NCBI GenBank assembly: GCA_051362555.1
Contig: CM120642.1
Span: 11,470,001 to 11,534,000 of the forward strand
DNA: 64,000 bases
Direction: 5' to 3'
Origin: Lingula anatina
Lineage: Eukaryota > Animalia > Brachiopoda
The notes under the pieces were generated by a model that was not told the DNA's origin, made no database searches, and saw nothing but the letters and a program-made list of their open reading frames with translations. A program made the translations under genes and the position numbers. This document shows, in pieces, positions 51,309 through 64,000 of this stretch; position 1 is the first letter of the stretch, and every line of letters starts with the position of its first letter.

Positions 51309-51586
51309 AAACAAGGAAAGCACTCAGAGAGCTCAGACCTCCGCCAAGGCAGCAAAGTCTCTATCCAACGCCGTTTCACCCCTAAATTTTCAATATTTTT
51401 GATTATTGATTATTGACTGATTATTGATGCGGATCACCACCAAAAACTAACCATCTGTTCCTTGGCCCACTTCTGACAGTTCCTGAAAATTTCACCAAAA
51501 TCGGTCCATAACATTTTGAATTATGTTGATGACAGACAGACAAACAAACAGGGGTGAAAATATAACCTCCTTGGCAGAGGTAATAA
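51309..51586 (-). mobile_element. Short non-autonomous Helentron-type element (HINE/DINE-like)
   Basis: Minus strand reads TTATTACCTCTGCCAAGGAGGTTAT...(GTYT)n microsatellite...CCTTGGCGGAGGTCTGAGCTCTCTGAGTGCTTTCCTTGTTT; subTIRs at 51569-51581 and 51337-51349. Confidence 0.8.
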
Positions 51587-53982
51587 TAGCCCTTTGAAAT
51601 GTCCCCAGAAAAAATAGTCCAGAATGACAATTCATCTTGGAAAGACATTAAGCTGTTGTTTTCCATCTTAATGAGTTGTACCCTTGCCAATTTCACATTC
51701 TTAACAGTTCCATGGTCTTGTAAGTTCATCTTTGTTCAGGGTAGCCCCTGAGTAACTTTCCTATGCTAGAACACTCAGGTAACACATAATACTGACTGAC
51801 TAGTCTCACAAAAATACAATGTACCAGTAGCATCTTAAGTGCAATATGGACATTTGCCCCACTGCTGTGCTTATGTCTTTAATGTTTATAATAAGCAACT
51901 TGAATACAATTCAATTACAGTCAAGCGTGTAATAAATAAATTAAAAGTTAGACTGGTACATCACATATGTACTGTACCTCAAAGTGATTTGTGTAATCAC
52001 AGACTGTGTGAAATTTAATCTGAAGTCTAAGTTCTTCAAGATATAAAGCATCAGATTATGCCCTCATTGCGCAATGGCTGGGTATCATAATAACAATGAA
52101 ATAAAAACACAGGCTATTTGTACTAAATCACCTTTATTATTATATGTTCTACAGATATATGATTACTCATCCTGAGGTTAAATATGATGCAACCTTTACC
52201 TGCATCCTGGTGTCTTTCTTATAGACAGTGACTTAATTGGCCTTTCAAGATCACATTACCTGCTTTCTCTAATTTAAAACTAACTAAATCCTTCCACCTG
52301 GTTTTCATCTCACTGCTCCATCAGATTGCTATATAAGGCTCACAAGCTTGAACAAGTTACACTGTTCATTCAATTACTACCATGTAATATGTCTTATTCA
52401 ATACAACTTAAAGAAGAAAATGAAAGAGGGAGAGCAATACCAAATGTCTTTCATTTCCATTGGCATAGTGTGATGATTACTTGTACAAGATATTTCAACC
52501 ATTTCTCACTGACAATATCCATTCCCCTTATATGGTGATATTCTTATATAATCTTGTGTCTATGCCTTACAATCAGGCACAAATGGAATCTGCCCACAAA
52601 CAAAAGTTTAGTTTATATCCGTACTTGTATACCTACATTACTGCACAATAAACCCATTCACCTCACAAAATTTAGTATTTTAACAACTAGTGATTTTCAT
52701 AAAAGAATGAACATCTGAACAGTTTATTTTGTGGTTTTTATTACAATATGAAAGCACTTCAGAGCACTGTTTGGGTCTATTCACAATTAACCTTATTTCT
52801 CTATGAATAGAGGCGTGGACTTTGTTTTCTTAGCTGTTATGTCAACAGGAATACACTAACTACAGGTGCCCTTGAAAACATTTAGAATTGCATGTATGTG
52901 CTTAAATTCACCAATCAAAATCAACCATTTCAAATACAGTTTTCAATATCGTCTGGTTTTCTCTCACTGTGTAACAATTCATTAGAAATAATTCTAGCTA
53001 CAAACAGAATAGAAATGAAAGAGATTTCTACAAACAGGGGGCCATAATGTGTGTATTAAAGAGTAAAACTTAAATAAACTAGAAAAGATAAATACACATG
53101 CAGGTGGTGCATTAAAAATTTCAATACTGCTTTGTGAAAGTTTGGATGAAGGTTATAATAAGCCCAAATTAGCTAGAGATGTTTTCTAAGCAACGCTCAA
53201 ATGGTTTGAATGTCCTCTTTGTATAATGGTTTCTGTAAAAATTTATTCAAGTTAAATTAATAAGACTAAATCACAACATCCCTCATTTCTAATTTTTCAT
53301 CTGCAGCAAAATTTTAATGCAGTGCATGTCAATCAGTACAATCACAAATGACAAAGGCCATCCCAGTTTAAGTGGTCTTATAAGCCTATTGTCCAGGATC
53401 GAAGTTAGGCTCCAATATCATTTGCCTAATAACAATATATAGGCCTACTTAACTTAATCACAATTTTGTCTTTTTTTAGCACAAACATTCATTCATGTTT
53501 CCTTCAGCATTTTCCAGCACTGTGTTGACATACAGTCATGTTTTTGGCAGCACATATCTCCCGCCATGCATCTTTCATACAGCTTATTTCTCTGAGTTAA
53601 GTAACGTCCAAAAAATATACGCATATGTCAATGAACTTTTTCAATGCACTTGGCAAACAGCCCATGTTGACATCGAAAAGATCTACGTACAGTGTCAATA
53701 AGTCAGCATATATTAAAACAGTGTTTGTTTCGCATTTTCTGATTTATTATATTTCATATTGAAAATGAAGACTCTGCTGTCATTTTACAAACCTTAAAAA
53801 CGCATGCCACATACTATGGCACATGTCCCAAAAGCTTAATTGGTCGCTGGATCATCAGGCTCGCGCGTGCTTGGCCACTCGATCAGCTGTCAGGCGCAGG
53901 CATAAAAAGAAGTCTAATTTTCACGATTAATTAGCCAAAATATTTTCTTCAACGAGTGTCCACTAAAACTACAGACTAGTGA

Positions 53983-54130
53983 CTTACCTATCGTCTGTTA
54001 TCGTAGAAATTGTTCTTCACTCTGAGTTTTGTTGCCAGTTGTCTTTGTTTGACATACGATCAGCATGTGATTTTTTCAAGCTGCTTTGTTTTGATCTCGG
54101 CACAAATGAAGTCTCGCGAGATTTAGACAA
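53983..54130 (-). promoter_or_regulatory. Probable promoter and non-coding first exon of the BTB-BACK gene
   Basis: CpG-rich patch 53840-54180, TCTCGCGAGA palindrome at 54112-54121, and a strong minus-strand donor AG|GTAAGT at about 53987. Confidence 0.55.
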
Positions 54131-55332
54131 AACGTCATCCCTCACTTCTCTTACTCTTTCTGCTCCACGTTAAAAAACCGGGACAGTGTTCAAGTAACAT
54201 TGATAAGAAAAGATAAAGTGCTTTTCCTAACTTATTAAATCAAACTGAAACCTTATCAATTGGTAAAGTGAACCAATAATTTAAATCAATGAGAAATGTG
54301 CACGCAAGTCAGCATGAATATACATGTAGATTTGAATGTTGCAGCAATTAATTATATAACTAATTAATAAATAATATTATACAACATGATTGTAATTTCA
54401 AGTACAGCAAATCAGTATAGCTTTATGCGACTCAACAAATCTGTAACTGAATTATCAATCTTATTTGATAGACATGGCAATGCAAGTGGCTAGACTTTGA
54501 GGTACGTCTTAATCAATAATATCATATTAGAACATTAATTTTTAGGACTTTCAAGTTATCATTTAAAAATCAAGTTTTTTTCAGTTTGTGTGAACATTAT
54601 ATGGTCTTTTACAAAATGCATTGCACAATGTCTATTTTTCATTTTCTTGCCAACAGGCAAATTATTTTAAATTGATCGAATCACAACACATTTGTATCAT
54701 GGCCTTGTTAAAAGTAATTTGTTTTATTAACAAAGATTATAACTTATTACAGCCAATTCAGTGCAGATGTTTCAAACATCATTTCAATTTTATTTTAAAC
54801 ACAACCCATTAAAAAGTGTCATGTATTCAAGCAAAAAGTATAAATAAACAAATACATAAATCATAATCAATAAAGAAATAAAATACAACAAACAATACAA
54901 ACATTTCTTTCTACCATTTTCTTATAAATGTAGTAACAAATCATGAACATTTTATGCACATCTATTATCACCCTGTATTATTTGATAAGTCAAACAAATG
55001 TAAGTTATAAAGCTGAGATGATAAATACCAAATGGCACGAGCTTTTTCTTGAAACAATATCTGAAACAAGAGAGCAAAATAGGAAAATCATATTTATAAA
55101 TTAACAATAATTAACAAACAAACAAAATTTTGTCAGCAATCATTAATCTAACAATTCATAACTTTCTTTATCTAAACTCACAGATATTTATTTATATATA
55201 TATGTCATGGTCAGGCATATGTTATATAATTGAAAAAAAAAATGTAAAATTGAAAAATACATTCGCAGTTGTTAGTATACATTATAAAATAATCCTCTGG
55301 TATGTCAACAGATGAAAATATAGTTTTCTCTT

Positions 55333-56094
55333 TTAAACATTTTCATATTTCTTCAAAAATTCTCTGTGTGTCATCACTGTTGCGAAACCAAATGCCAGGT
55401 TTTTCAAGGCAGCCTCGTGGTACTCCTTTGTTGAAGTGGCATTACAGTCACTGAGGAAAATGACGTTGAAGTCATTGTTGAAGGCCACACGAGCAGTTGT
55501 TTCACAGCACAGGTTGGTCATGGTGCCAGTGATGACCACAGTGTCTACCTCCAGTTCCTGTAGTTTGCTTTTCAGTGGGGTTTCCCAGAATGAATCATAA
55601 CGGCTCTTTTCTGTGATCATGATGTCATCTTCGACATTCAGGACCTTCTGTAGAGCTGGGATGATCTGCCATTCTTCAGTGCCTGATTAACACAATTAAA
55701 ACTTTTGGGTAATCTCAGGGTAATCTGAATATCTAGTAATATGTAAAGTTACAAATAAAATCACATACGGATATGCCAACAAAACAAAGAAAGTAAATGA
55801 ATTTATAAATGAAATTAAATCAAGGGTTTAATAAAAAACAAATATAGTACTGCCAGTCATATTTGCTTTATAATTTGCAATTATCTTACCTTTGATAATA
55901 GGGTTGTTCCACCACCTTGACAACACAGAGGTCATCTTAGGGTCATCGTGATGCTGGGTAAAGACCACAGGGAGGTCCTTGTTATGGAAAAGCCTGACCA
56001 AACTGGCAATGTTTTCTATGATTTTCCCATTCTCTGCAATTTCTTTAAACCGTCCTTGCATGTCAATCACCAAAAGTGCTATTCTCCTCGACAT
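55333..56094 (-). CDS. Isochorismatase-family cysteine hydrolase, nicotinamidase 2-like, 184 aa
   Basis: Exons 56094-55890 and 55682-55333 join in frame: ALLVIDMQ...PVVFTQH...GTEEWQII...EKSRYDSF...VVITGTMTNLCCETTARVAF...LSDCNAT...HEAAL; the Asp/Lys/Cys triad positions are present. Confidence 0.93.
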
Positions 56095-56519
56095 GGTACA
56101 AGCTGTAATTCTGCTAAAAATACAAATGAACAGACTTGTCAAAATAAGCTTTAAACTAAAATTCAAAATTAAATCCCTGCATACCATCAATAATACTGGT
56201 GTGGTAAGTGGGATTGGTTGCCCAATTGTTTGTAATGACTTTCTGCCTAAGGAAACCATTATCATGTTCAACTACAATTTAAAACTTTACTGCAAAGAAA
56301 GGGGGGAGGCAGGATCATACATACACACATACAGGAACATAAGTGAGCAAAGAAAAACTCATGGTTAACTTTACGATTGCATATGGAAACACTTTATAAA
56401 TTATTGCCACGTACCCAAACGGTTGTAAAATGAAATATCTCAATCTTCAAAGCCAAGACGTAAATACCATCAGCATTATTACTCTCTATGGATTTAATTG
56501 ATAATATCCGATGGAATAT

Positions 56520-56986
56520 ACCTGCTACGCAAAGGCTAGTGGACGACCTGAAATGTCCAAGCACGCGTGCCAAGGTTCTTGTTTACCTTGGCGTAAAGGT
56601 CTTACAACATTGGGAGTGGCAGAGGGGAAAATGATGACCAAACTATCCATGTAAATAAAATATAATAAAGCCATACAAAATAGGTAATGAAGACATACAT
56701 GGTTATTGAAAAATAAATCAATGTATTTGAATAGATAAAATTTTATGTTTTCACTCTGTGATTATATGGAGCATGTCACACAAGATGTAACAAACAACAC
56801 CATTCTTTCTCCACCCCAAAACTGAGGACCTCTTTGATCACCGTTTGCGCCAGAGATCTCGCGAGAACAAATATGGATGCGCCCATGTAGCTTTGGGTAA
56901 AATCTGTATGTCTATCTTATTTGAATTGTTCACAGTGATTACGAAGACGGTGGCCCGTGTATATTAAATCCTGTAAAGTTTATGTC
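56520..56986. promoter_or_regulatory. Bidirectional promoter region of the nicotinamidase-like gene and FRG1
   Basis: Divergent genes with start codons under 900 bp apart; CpG patch; TCTCGCGAGA at 56857-56866. Confidence 0.6.
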
Positions 56987-59900
56987 ATGGCAGACTCATA
57001 TTCTTTGGTAAAAGGCGGCAAACTTAAACTGAAAGGACACAAAAGGTAGGTCTTATAAATGTGAGTGAGAGTCGATCTTTCAACGCTTGTTACTAGTGTT
57101 AGTGTTATATGTCAAGTTTAAGTCAACTTTGAATTAGACGGAAAAAGTACAAAAATAGAACTAAAGATGCATATTGTAGTGCATCTCTTTGTGAGAATTC
57201 AACTTGCAAACAACGACTTTGTGGCCTAAATATTCAATTTATATTTGACTCTCCAATTATTTACTATAATATATATACAATCAGGTTTTATAATATGTCC
57301 CCAAACATTCCCCCAAACTACTGAAGTCATTATCTGTATCTACTTACCTATAAAACTACACATCTTTTGCAATTTAGACTTTATAAACGATAAGATTTCT
57401 CAAATGAAAGAGCCTGATGTCAGTATTTCTTTCTCAAGTATGCAGGAAGATCAGCATTGCGGTCCTATAGTAATGGGCAAGTTATTTAGTACTGTACTTT
57501 ATTGTTCAATAAGAAATATGATAAAAATAAATGTAAGAGCAGGAGGGGATTTGTTCAATTGTTTGTGAAAGAAAGATATTATTTTATTAGGTTGAGGAAA
57601 AGTGTTTGGCAGGAAAATCCTGAATAGGATATATCTCCGAGGGTTAATTTCCATTGAAACTATTTGTCTCCGTAGATCAATTCATGCAACTCCCTGGGAA
57701 GTCTCACTGAATCCAAGTAGTTTAACAGACTAAACAACCTCCTTTTGTTTCCAACTCGTATATCACAGCTTCTCTGTACTTAACTCAATGCTGGGAGGAG
57801 GCGTATTTTAATAAATTTGTTAAACTTATTGCATTCTATAAGGGTTCCATGGCGTGGATTAGTCTATAGCTCTGTGATGTATATGTACAAAGTAAATACA
57901 AAATGTAAATATATACAAGTGCTAGATTGCATCCTTAACTAACTTTTAGACCTGCACTGTCAAATTTACAGGACAATATTTTATATTTAACCCAAGATAT
58001 CTTAAAAACTATAATTATGCAGTTACACACTTTTTTGTTTGTTTGTTTGAAATTTACTATTATTGGTAAATATAGGTTTACAATTATTTACCACAATCAC
58101 AGATTGTTCATTTCTCCAAGTTTGTAATGGGCCTTAGGTCCTTCTAAATGTTGGTAATTTGAAAATATTATGTTAAAATCTATTAAGAAAAAAATGCATT
58201 AATTGTCCTGTTATATTTCACAAAGTCACAAGAAACACAAGAAGGAGAAAAGGAAGAGGAAGCGAGATGATGATTCTGATGGTGAAGTTGTGAAAGATGA
58301 AGATGCTGTGAAACATGGTAAAGCATCAAATTATTTTGTCTTATTAATACATAACTACACTAGTCTTTTGTTAATGCAGTGATATATTGATTAAGACTTA
58401 GTGCAGTTGATGTCTTTCTTATTGTATTTTATCTATTGGATTGTTTGATGTACATAGGGACTTAATGGTGACCATTAGAATTTTAAAAGAAAAATGTGTT
58501 TAGTGTCACCCAGCTTATCACATCTAACACAATCACGTCCACAATCACATCTTACCCCATGACATTCAGCACTTTCACTTCAGTTTGTTTTATTATGGAA
58601 ATTTTTGGTTTTCCAGGTGGCTGGTGGGAAATGAAGAACTTTGAGGAAATTGCTAAGGCAGGAAGCAGTGCTATTGAAATGGGAAATATGGCTTATATGT
58701 TAGCTTTAGACAATGGTTTGTTTACAGTAGGACCAACACGAGAGATAGGTAAGATGGTGTCTGAAAAAAAAAAAACATACAGACATCAGTTATAGGTAAA
58801 TGTGGCGTAATTTTTGTGTCACATCATCGAAAAATCATAGCATAACATAGCATAACATAGCATAGCATCATAGCATTTATTTGTGACAGAGGGCCTCAAG
58901 TTGGATATGGCTCAAATGGAGAAGTGGTATAGGCTATTTTTTCTTTACTGAAAATGACAGGAACATTTTTAGGAATATCATTTGTAGTAATTTGCATACC
59001 AGTTATGCATGTACTACAGCCACATTTTATCTACTGGGAATCACAGTCTGTGTCATAAACTTTTAGCTTACTGGCCATTTGAACCACCACTTTCCTAAAA
59101 CCTACTAGTCAGAATCAGGATTCACGCATCCCAATAATAATTGCAATAAGACTGGACATTTTCCCCTATTGCATTAATATTAGTGATAGTATGAAATCAT
59201 CATGTAACAGTTACATTTCAGAAAGAATTAAAACAAATTGAAAGTACTTTTGAAATTTAATATAAAAACTCTAATTGCCATGTGCGACCAAGAAATTAAC
59301 ACCTTCTGAAAAATCTATTGTTCCATGCAAAATTTTACTGGTTGCCAGCTTAGTTCCAGTGGCTAATGTCACAGACAGTAATCCCTTGATCCTCAATTGA
59401 TATTTCATAGATGGCCTCACTTCATTTCAATTCAGGAGAAGGTCCCAATCCTGAAGAGATTTTGACAGCCATTAAGGTTACAGACACCAAGATTGCCCTG
59501 AAGTCTGGCTATGATAAGTATATCTCAGTGGACTCTGTTGGAAGAGTTGCAGGCAGATCTGATGCTATAGGTTCCAGAGAGCAGTGGGAGCCTATATTTC
59601 AGGATGTAAGATTGTTATCCTTAGAATAAGATAGATAAAATTGGAAAAAGTAGATTTAAAGTTTCAAAGAAGAAAAGAAAGACAGCATTTTCTTTGAAAG
59701 ATAAAGGTAGGTATTGTGTTACAGGATTAGTTTTGATTGTTAAAACTTGTAATTTTTGCGTGATTGTTTGTTAAGTTGATAATACTGTAAAATGAAGCAT
59801 GTACAGAGCAGTGTTGAATTTCACAAGAATCTCTTATGATTGTTTAACATTACAAGGTAGAATTGGTTAACTGCAGTGTCGCTTCTTGCATTTCAGGGAA

Positions 59901-60849
59901 AACTTGCATTGCTTGGCTGCAATGACTGCTTTGTAGGAGTTGATGAAGAAGGAGATGTAGTTTGTAAGAGCAAAGTTGCTGGGGAGAGTGAAATTGTCAA
60001 GGTTGGTGTTGTTTTGTGCCCTTTGATATTTGAAACATGATTGGCACAGTTGCAGCTAAAATGCAATTTTCAAATAGTACTTTTGGAAATGATGTACACA
60101 GTAAATAATTTAATCATTAAATTCTAGCAATTTCATTCAGCTGTTGCTTTATTGTGCTGTTTTCATGGACTATACGTTTGACATAGTTTTGTCTTTATTT
60201 GCTTAGATGCGCTGTTGCCTGTCTAGAGAAGTTGATCCAAAAGCCAACATACCATTAGAGGAAAGAGGAAAGATAAAAGATGCTGAAATCAACTATGTGT
60301 AAGTACATTGTGATATATTTAAATCTAAAGCATGTCAGACTATGTCATTGTATATGATATCATAGATTGTAGCTAAAACTGAAAAAATGATTGCCAGAAA
60401 GGAGAAAGGATGAGATGCTTACACCAAGTTTGTGTCTATTAGCCACCATCTTTTATAAAATTTCCTTATTTAATTTTTAGGAAGAAATTCCAAAGTTTTC
60501 AAGATCGAAAGTTAAAGATATCGAAAGAGGACATTAAAGTTTTGAAAAAGGCCAAGAAGAGCGGAGAACTCCATGAAGCAATGTTAGACAGGTGGGTTAT
60601 TTATTTCTAAAATGTAAGTGGGGTTTACTTTCGTTTTAGGGGACTTGGTTGTGTATATGATTCTCTCTTCCTAGCTACTGTAAATGTTTAAGAATATCTC
60701 GGGGGGATAATGTGTGTTAGTATTGAGACATTCCATCATACAGTGGTATTAGAAAACAGTTATTTTAATATGTCATAGAGATTATATAATTATCTAAATA
60801 TTTTAATTTCAGGAGGGAAAAAATGAAAGCTGACAGATACTGCAAGTAA
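56987..60849 (+). CDS. FRG1: Protein FRG1 (FSHD region gene 1 homologue)
   Basis: Exons 56987-57045, 58226-58317, 58617-58748, 59436-59605, 59897-60001, 60207-60298, 60481-60591 and 60813-60849 join in frame: [17 protein letters not shown]...[10 protein letters not shown]...[10 protein letters not shown]...[17 protein letters not shown]...[11 protein letters not shown]...[19 protein letters not shown]. Confidence 0.97.
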
Positions 60850-61043
60850 AAGGTTGAGGCCATATGTTCTTGGAGTTGACAATTTTTAATTCTTTTAATG
60901 TTGAAATATGGACTGCATAATTCATCCTGAACTGCCACCAAATAACTTTTATTGCAGAAACATTTGCATATTTTGTAAACCCCTTCATCATTTTATTACC
61001 TCATATTCTGCAATGTAAGAGTTGAATATGGGATTATTAAAAA

Positions 61044-61552
61044 GACTAGAAAAGCACTCGGAGAGCGTAAACAATGCCATGGACCCTGCACTGATAAATT
61101 GCACAAGGTCAATGTCATTGGTCCCATCTGGCACTAGCAGACATGGGAAAACTCCCTATCATAGCCGTCACACTGCCTGAAAAGTCAGAGGTCCTCCCAA
61201 GATTTTTGATAATACAGGTCCTCTGGACTGGCAAAGTTTATGTGAAAATACAATAAATCAAAATAAACCACATGTAAACATAGGCTGATGGAAATGAATC
61301 ACCAGCTCAGACCAGCACATAATTAGGACCTGCAGACTTCCCCATGTCTGGTGTCATGTGGTGAAAAATCCTTTTAAAATTTTGGATTCAGACAATTATC
61401 TGGACCAAGGATCACCACCAAAATCTTATCACTTTTAAAAGCTAACTCATTTCTGATCTATCCTGAAAATTTCATAAAATTCCATTTTTAACTTTTTGAG
61501 TTGGGCTTGTGACAGATATGCAGATACAGAAGTGAAAACGCAAGCTCCTTGG
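61044..61552 (-). mobile_element. Degenerate relative of the 51309-51586 Helentron-type element, just 3' of FRG1
   Basis: Shares ACTAGAAAAGCACTCGGAGAGCG, GGATCACCACCAAAA, TCCTGAAAATTTCA and GTGAAAA...CTCCTTGG blocks in the same order. Confidence 0.65.
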
Positions 61553-63576
61553 TATCACTCATAGCAAAAATAACAGTACTAGCACTTGGTTGCAATATAG
61601 TTTTCATATTTTATTGTATTTTTGTACAGATATCTACAGTAATAACAATAAAGATTTATGTACAAATGTTTAACATTTTACATTGATCTCAAGTAAACTA
61701 TGGTTACCTGGTTTTGCAGGCATTACCTTTCACCAAACAAAAGAGAAGCATACAATGTTCAAGGTGATGTAATGTGTAAATCTCACAAAAACCACAGCTG
61801 GAAACTTCTCCAGTAGGAATTGCAACTTCTCAATATATGAAGCCAATACTTTTTGGGTAGTGAACTTCATAAAAAGTTTTTAATAATTCTAATTCACAAA
61901 TTTAAATTGATAATGTACTAAAATTTCACCACATCTTTGAAATTTTGGACCTAATTATAGTATGGGCCACAGGCAAACAAAAATTGACTTGGAATTTATT
62001 CTGTAAAACAGCATCACATTGTTCAATGTGATATCACATGGTCAACATGTAACACTAGACTGTACTTGGGTGTCATATTGGCCTAAAGTGATTGCCACTA
62101 ATTGGGAACTTTTAACGACTTTCAACATAACATGCAAACAAAAGCATGAAGTCACCATATCCATCAAATTGAGAGAAACTTTGAGAAAATATTTTTTTTT
62201 TAGTCTAAGACATATTTTCATAATTTGTCAATATCACCATGGGCAATATTTCCATCTGTTATTTTTTTCACAAATCTCACAACATGATTATAAGAGTCGA
62301 AATATATTGAGTGGCACCAAACATTTTAAGTACATGCAGTTTGCAAGGATTTACCAATGTTTATGGAAATGTATAACATTTGATCAAACTGAGCAGAAAT
62401 CTTAATGTGTAGATTGCACTTTTGATATTTTTTAGCCTTTTCCATCCCACAGACTAAGTTTATAACAATCTTTCCTTTTGACTCATATCAAGAATATTGA
62501 TACCTTTAACTACTAATGTCTGTATGTTCTTATGTGTCTGACTTTGTACACAGTGCATAGCATGAGGTAACAATTATGTTTCCAGTATGCGTACAATATT
62601 AAGAATATAAGGTGCACTTAGACACAGAAGATAAATACATGTAACTTTTCCTCCATATAAAACTACCAGGCTAACAGATGGACCACATATTCAACCACCT
62701 TTGGTTTAACAGTCTTTCTAGAAATCTGCACTACAAATCATTGAAGGCTAGTTCATTTAAACCATTCTGCCAACCAAGAAATGTTTGTAAAATCTGCATG
62801 CCACTCTCAATGAAAAGAAAAATCAATGAATGTGTAATGCGAGATGTTACAAAAATTTACACATGCTTCTTGGTTTACGTCAGCTACACATCACTGTGAG
62901 CAGTTTTGTGCAGAGGACAATCTCAGCAAATTGAACCATTGGTAAGTTAATTTGGTTATCTTACAATGCTCTTTAGTCAAAAGTTGCTTTGAATTTATGT
63001 TCTTGTCTAAATGCACAAGAATGTACCTATCTACTTTATATTAAATCATAAGGAAAAGTGCCCTGCACATGACACAAAATTATGCTTAAATCTTATAACT
63101 GGGGAAATAAATCCCAAAACATTCACTTCACAGTAACACAAGTTAATAAATAGGTATAGCATTACCATGCATCAAAAATAGTCCTGGAGTCTTGTATATA
63201 AGTCTCCAACAAATACTTCACTAAACCAAACATACAATCAGGGTTGTCACTTTTATACTTATTTTATGCATTGTTTTCCATTTTGATTAACCATTTGCTT
63301 AGATTCCAAGGTCTATATTCTTTTAAATAGCATGATAAACAGAATATATCACATTTTCAAATCTAAAGAGTTGGAAACATTCACAAATCACCTTCGTTAT
63401 GAATCATTTCAGATATGGGACATTAATCCTTGTTACGTATAAATTTCCATTACTAATTTCTCAAAAAAAAAAAAAAAATTCACTATGGCGTATCAACTGG
63501 CAAACATCACTGGTATACATGAGACATTGCAGAAACTGAAACCTTCATATTACCCCTTTTATAATAATCATCACCA

Positions 63577-63598
63577 TAATAATAATAATAATAATAAT

Positions 63599-63629
<31 letters not shown>
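63577..63629. repeat. (AAT)n microsatellite
   Basis: Seen directly. Confidence 0.9.
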
Positions 63630-63631
<2 letters not shown>

Positions 63632-64000
63632 TTAATTGTATTAATTTTAGCAGGCTCGGAAGAGCTTTGTGTTAGGTGGTCATTTAAAAACAAATAGATA
63701 TTTCATGTGAACATTTTCAGAAAAACCTTTAACAAAACTTTTTGCCTTACAACAAATTTCTTAAATAAATACTGTTTAGTATCACCATTGAAAGTGATAT
63801 AAGATTATAATGTGATACACCTTGATAATAGAGATAATTGCCACAGTCTATTCATTTTAAAGTTTTATCTTAGTAAATCACAATTTCAATGAAGAAATAA
63901 TGTGATAAACCTCATATTTAAATAGCTATCACTGATTTTAGCGTTTGGTTCAAGTTTTTACAGCATTTACAGTGAAATATCATAATGGTTACATCCCCCT

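Noticed and set aside
61600-64000. Possible 3' UTR of a downstream minus-strand gene
   Set aside because: Only a minus-strand AATAAA near 61610 supports it; no coding exon is visible, and the Asn-rich ORF at 63485 is a microsatellite.

Overview
AT-rich, intron-rich animal genomic DNA, not prokaryotic; it looks invertebrate, probably lophotrochozoan or mollusc-like (inference only). Six host genes could be assembled by hand from splice sites and reading frames: TRAPPC2/sedlin (minus, with a U12-type intron); PCM1 (plus, about 37 coding exons, about 2,060 aa), head-to-head with TRAPPC2; a BTB-BACK (BTBD17-like) gene (minus); an intronless SH3BGR-family gene nested antisense in its intron; a plant-NIC2-like nicotinamidase/isochorismatase (minus); and FRG1 (plus), head-to-head with it. 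Non-autonomous mobile DNA is abundant: four Helentron-type (HINE/DINE-like) elements, two of them with satellite arrays; a 5.9-kb long-TIR element with an 8-bp TSD in TRAPPC2 intron 1; nested MITE/foldback elements; and a decayed THAP relic. The most interesting signal is in PCM1: two pairs of tandem-duplicated, equal-length exons (candidate mutually exclusive exons), each surrounded by intronic reverse-complementary segments that could form competing RNA structures. One of these is an exact 11-nt antisense match to a 3' splice site. All calls come from reading the sequence by eye; no database searches or folding computations were run.
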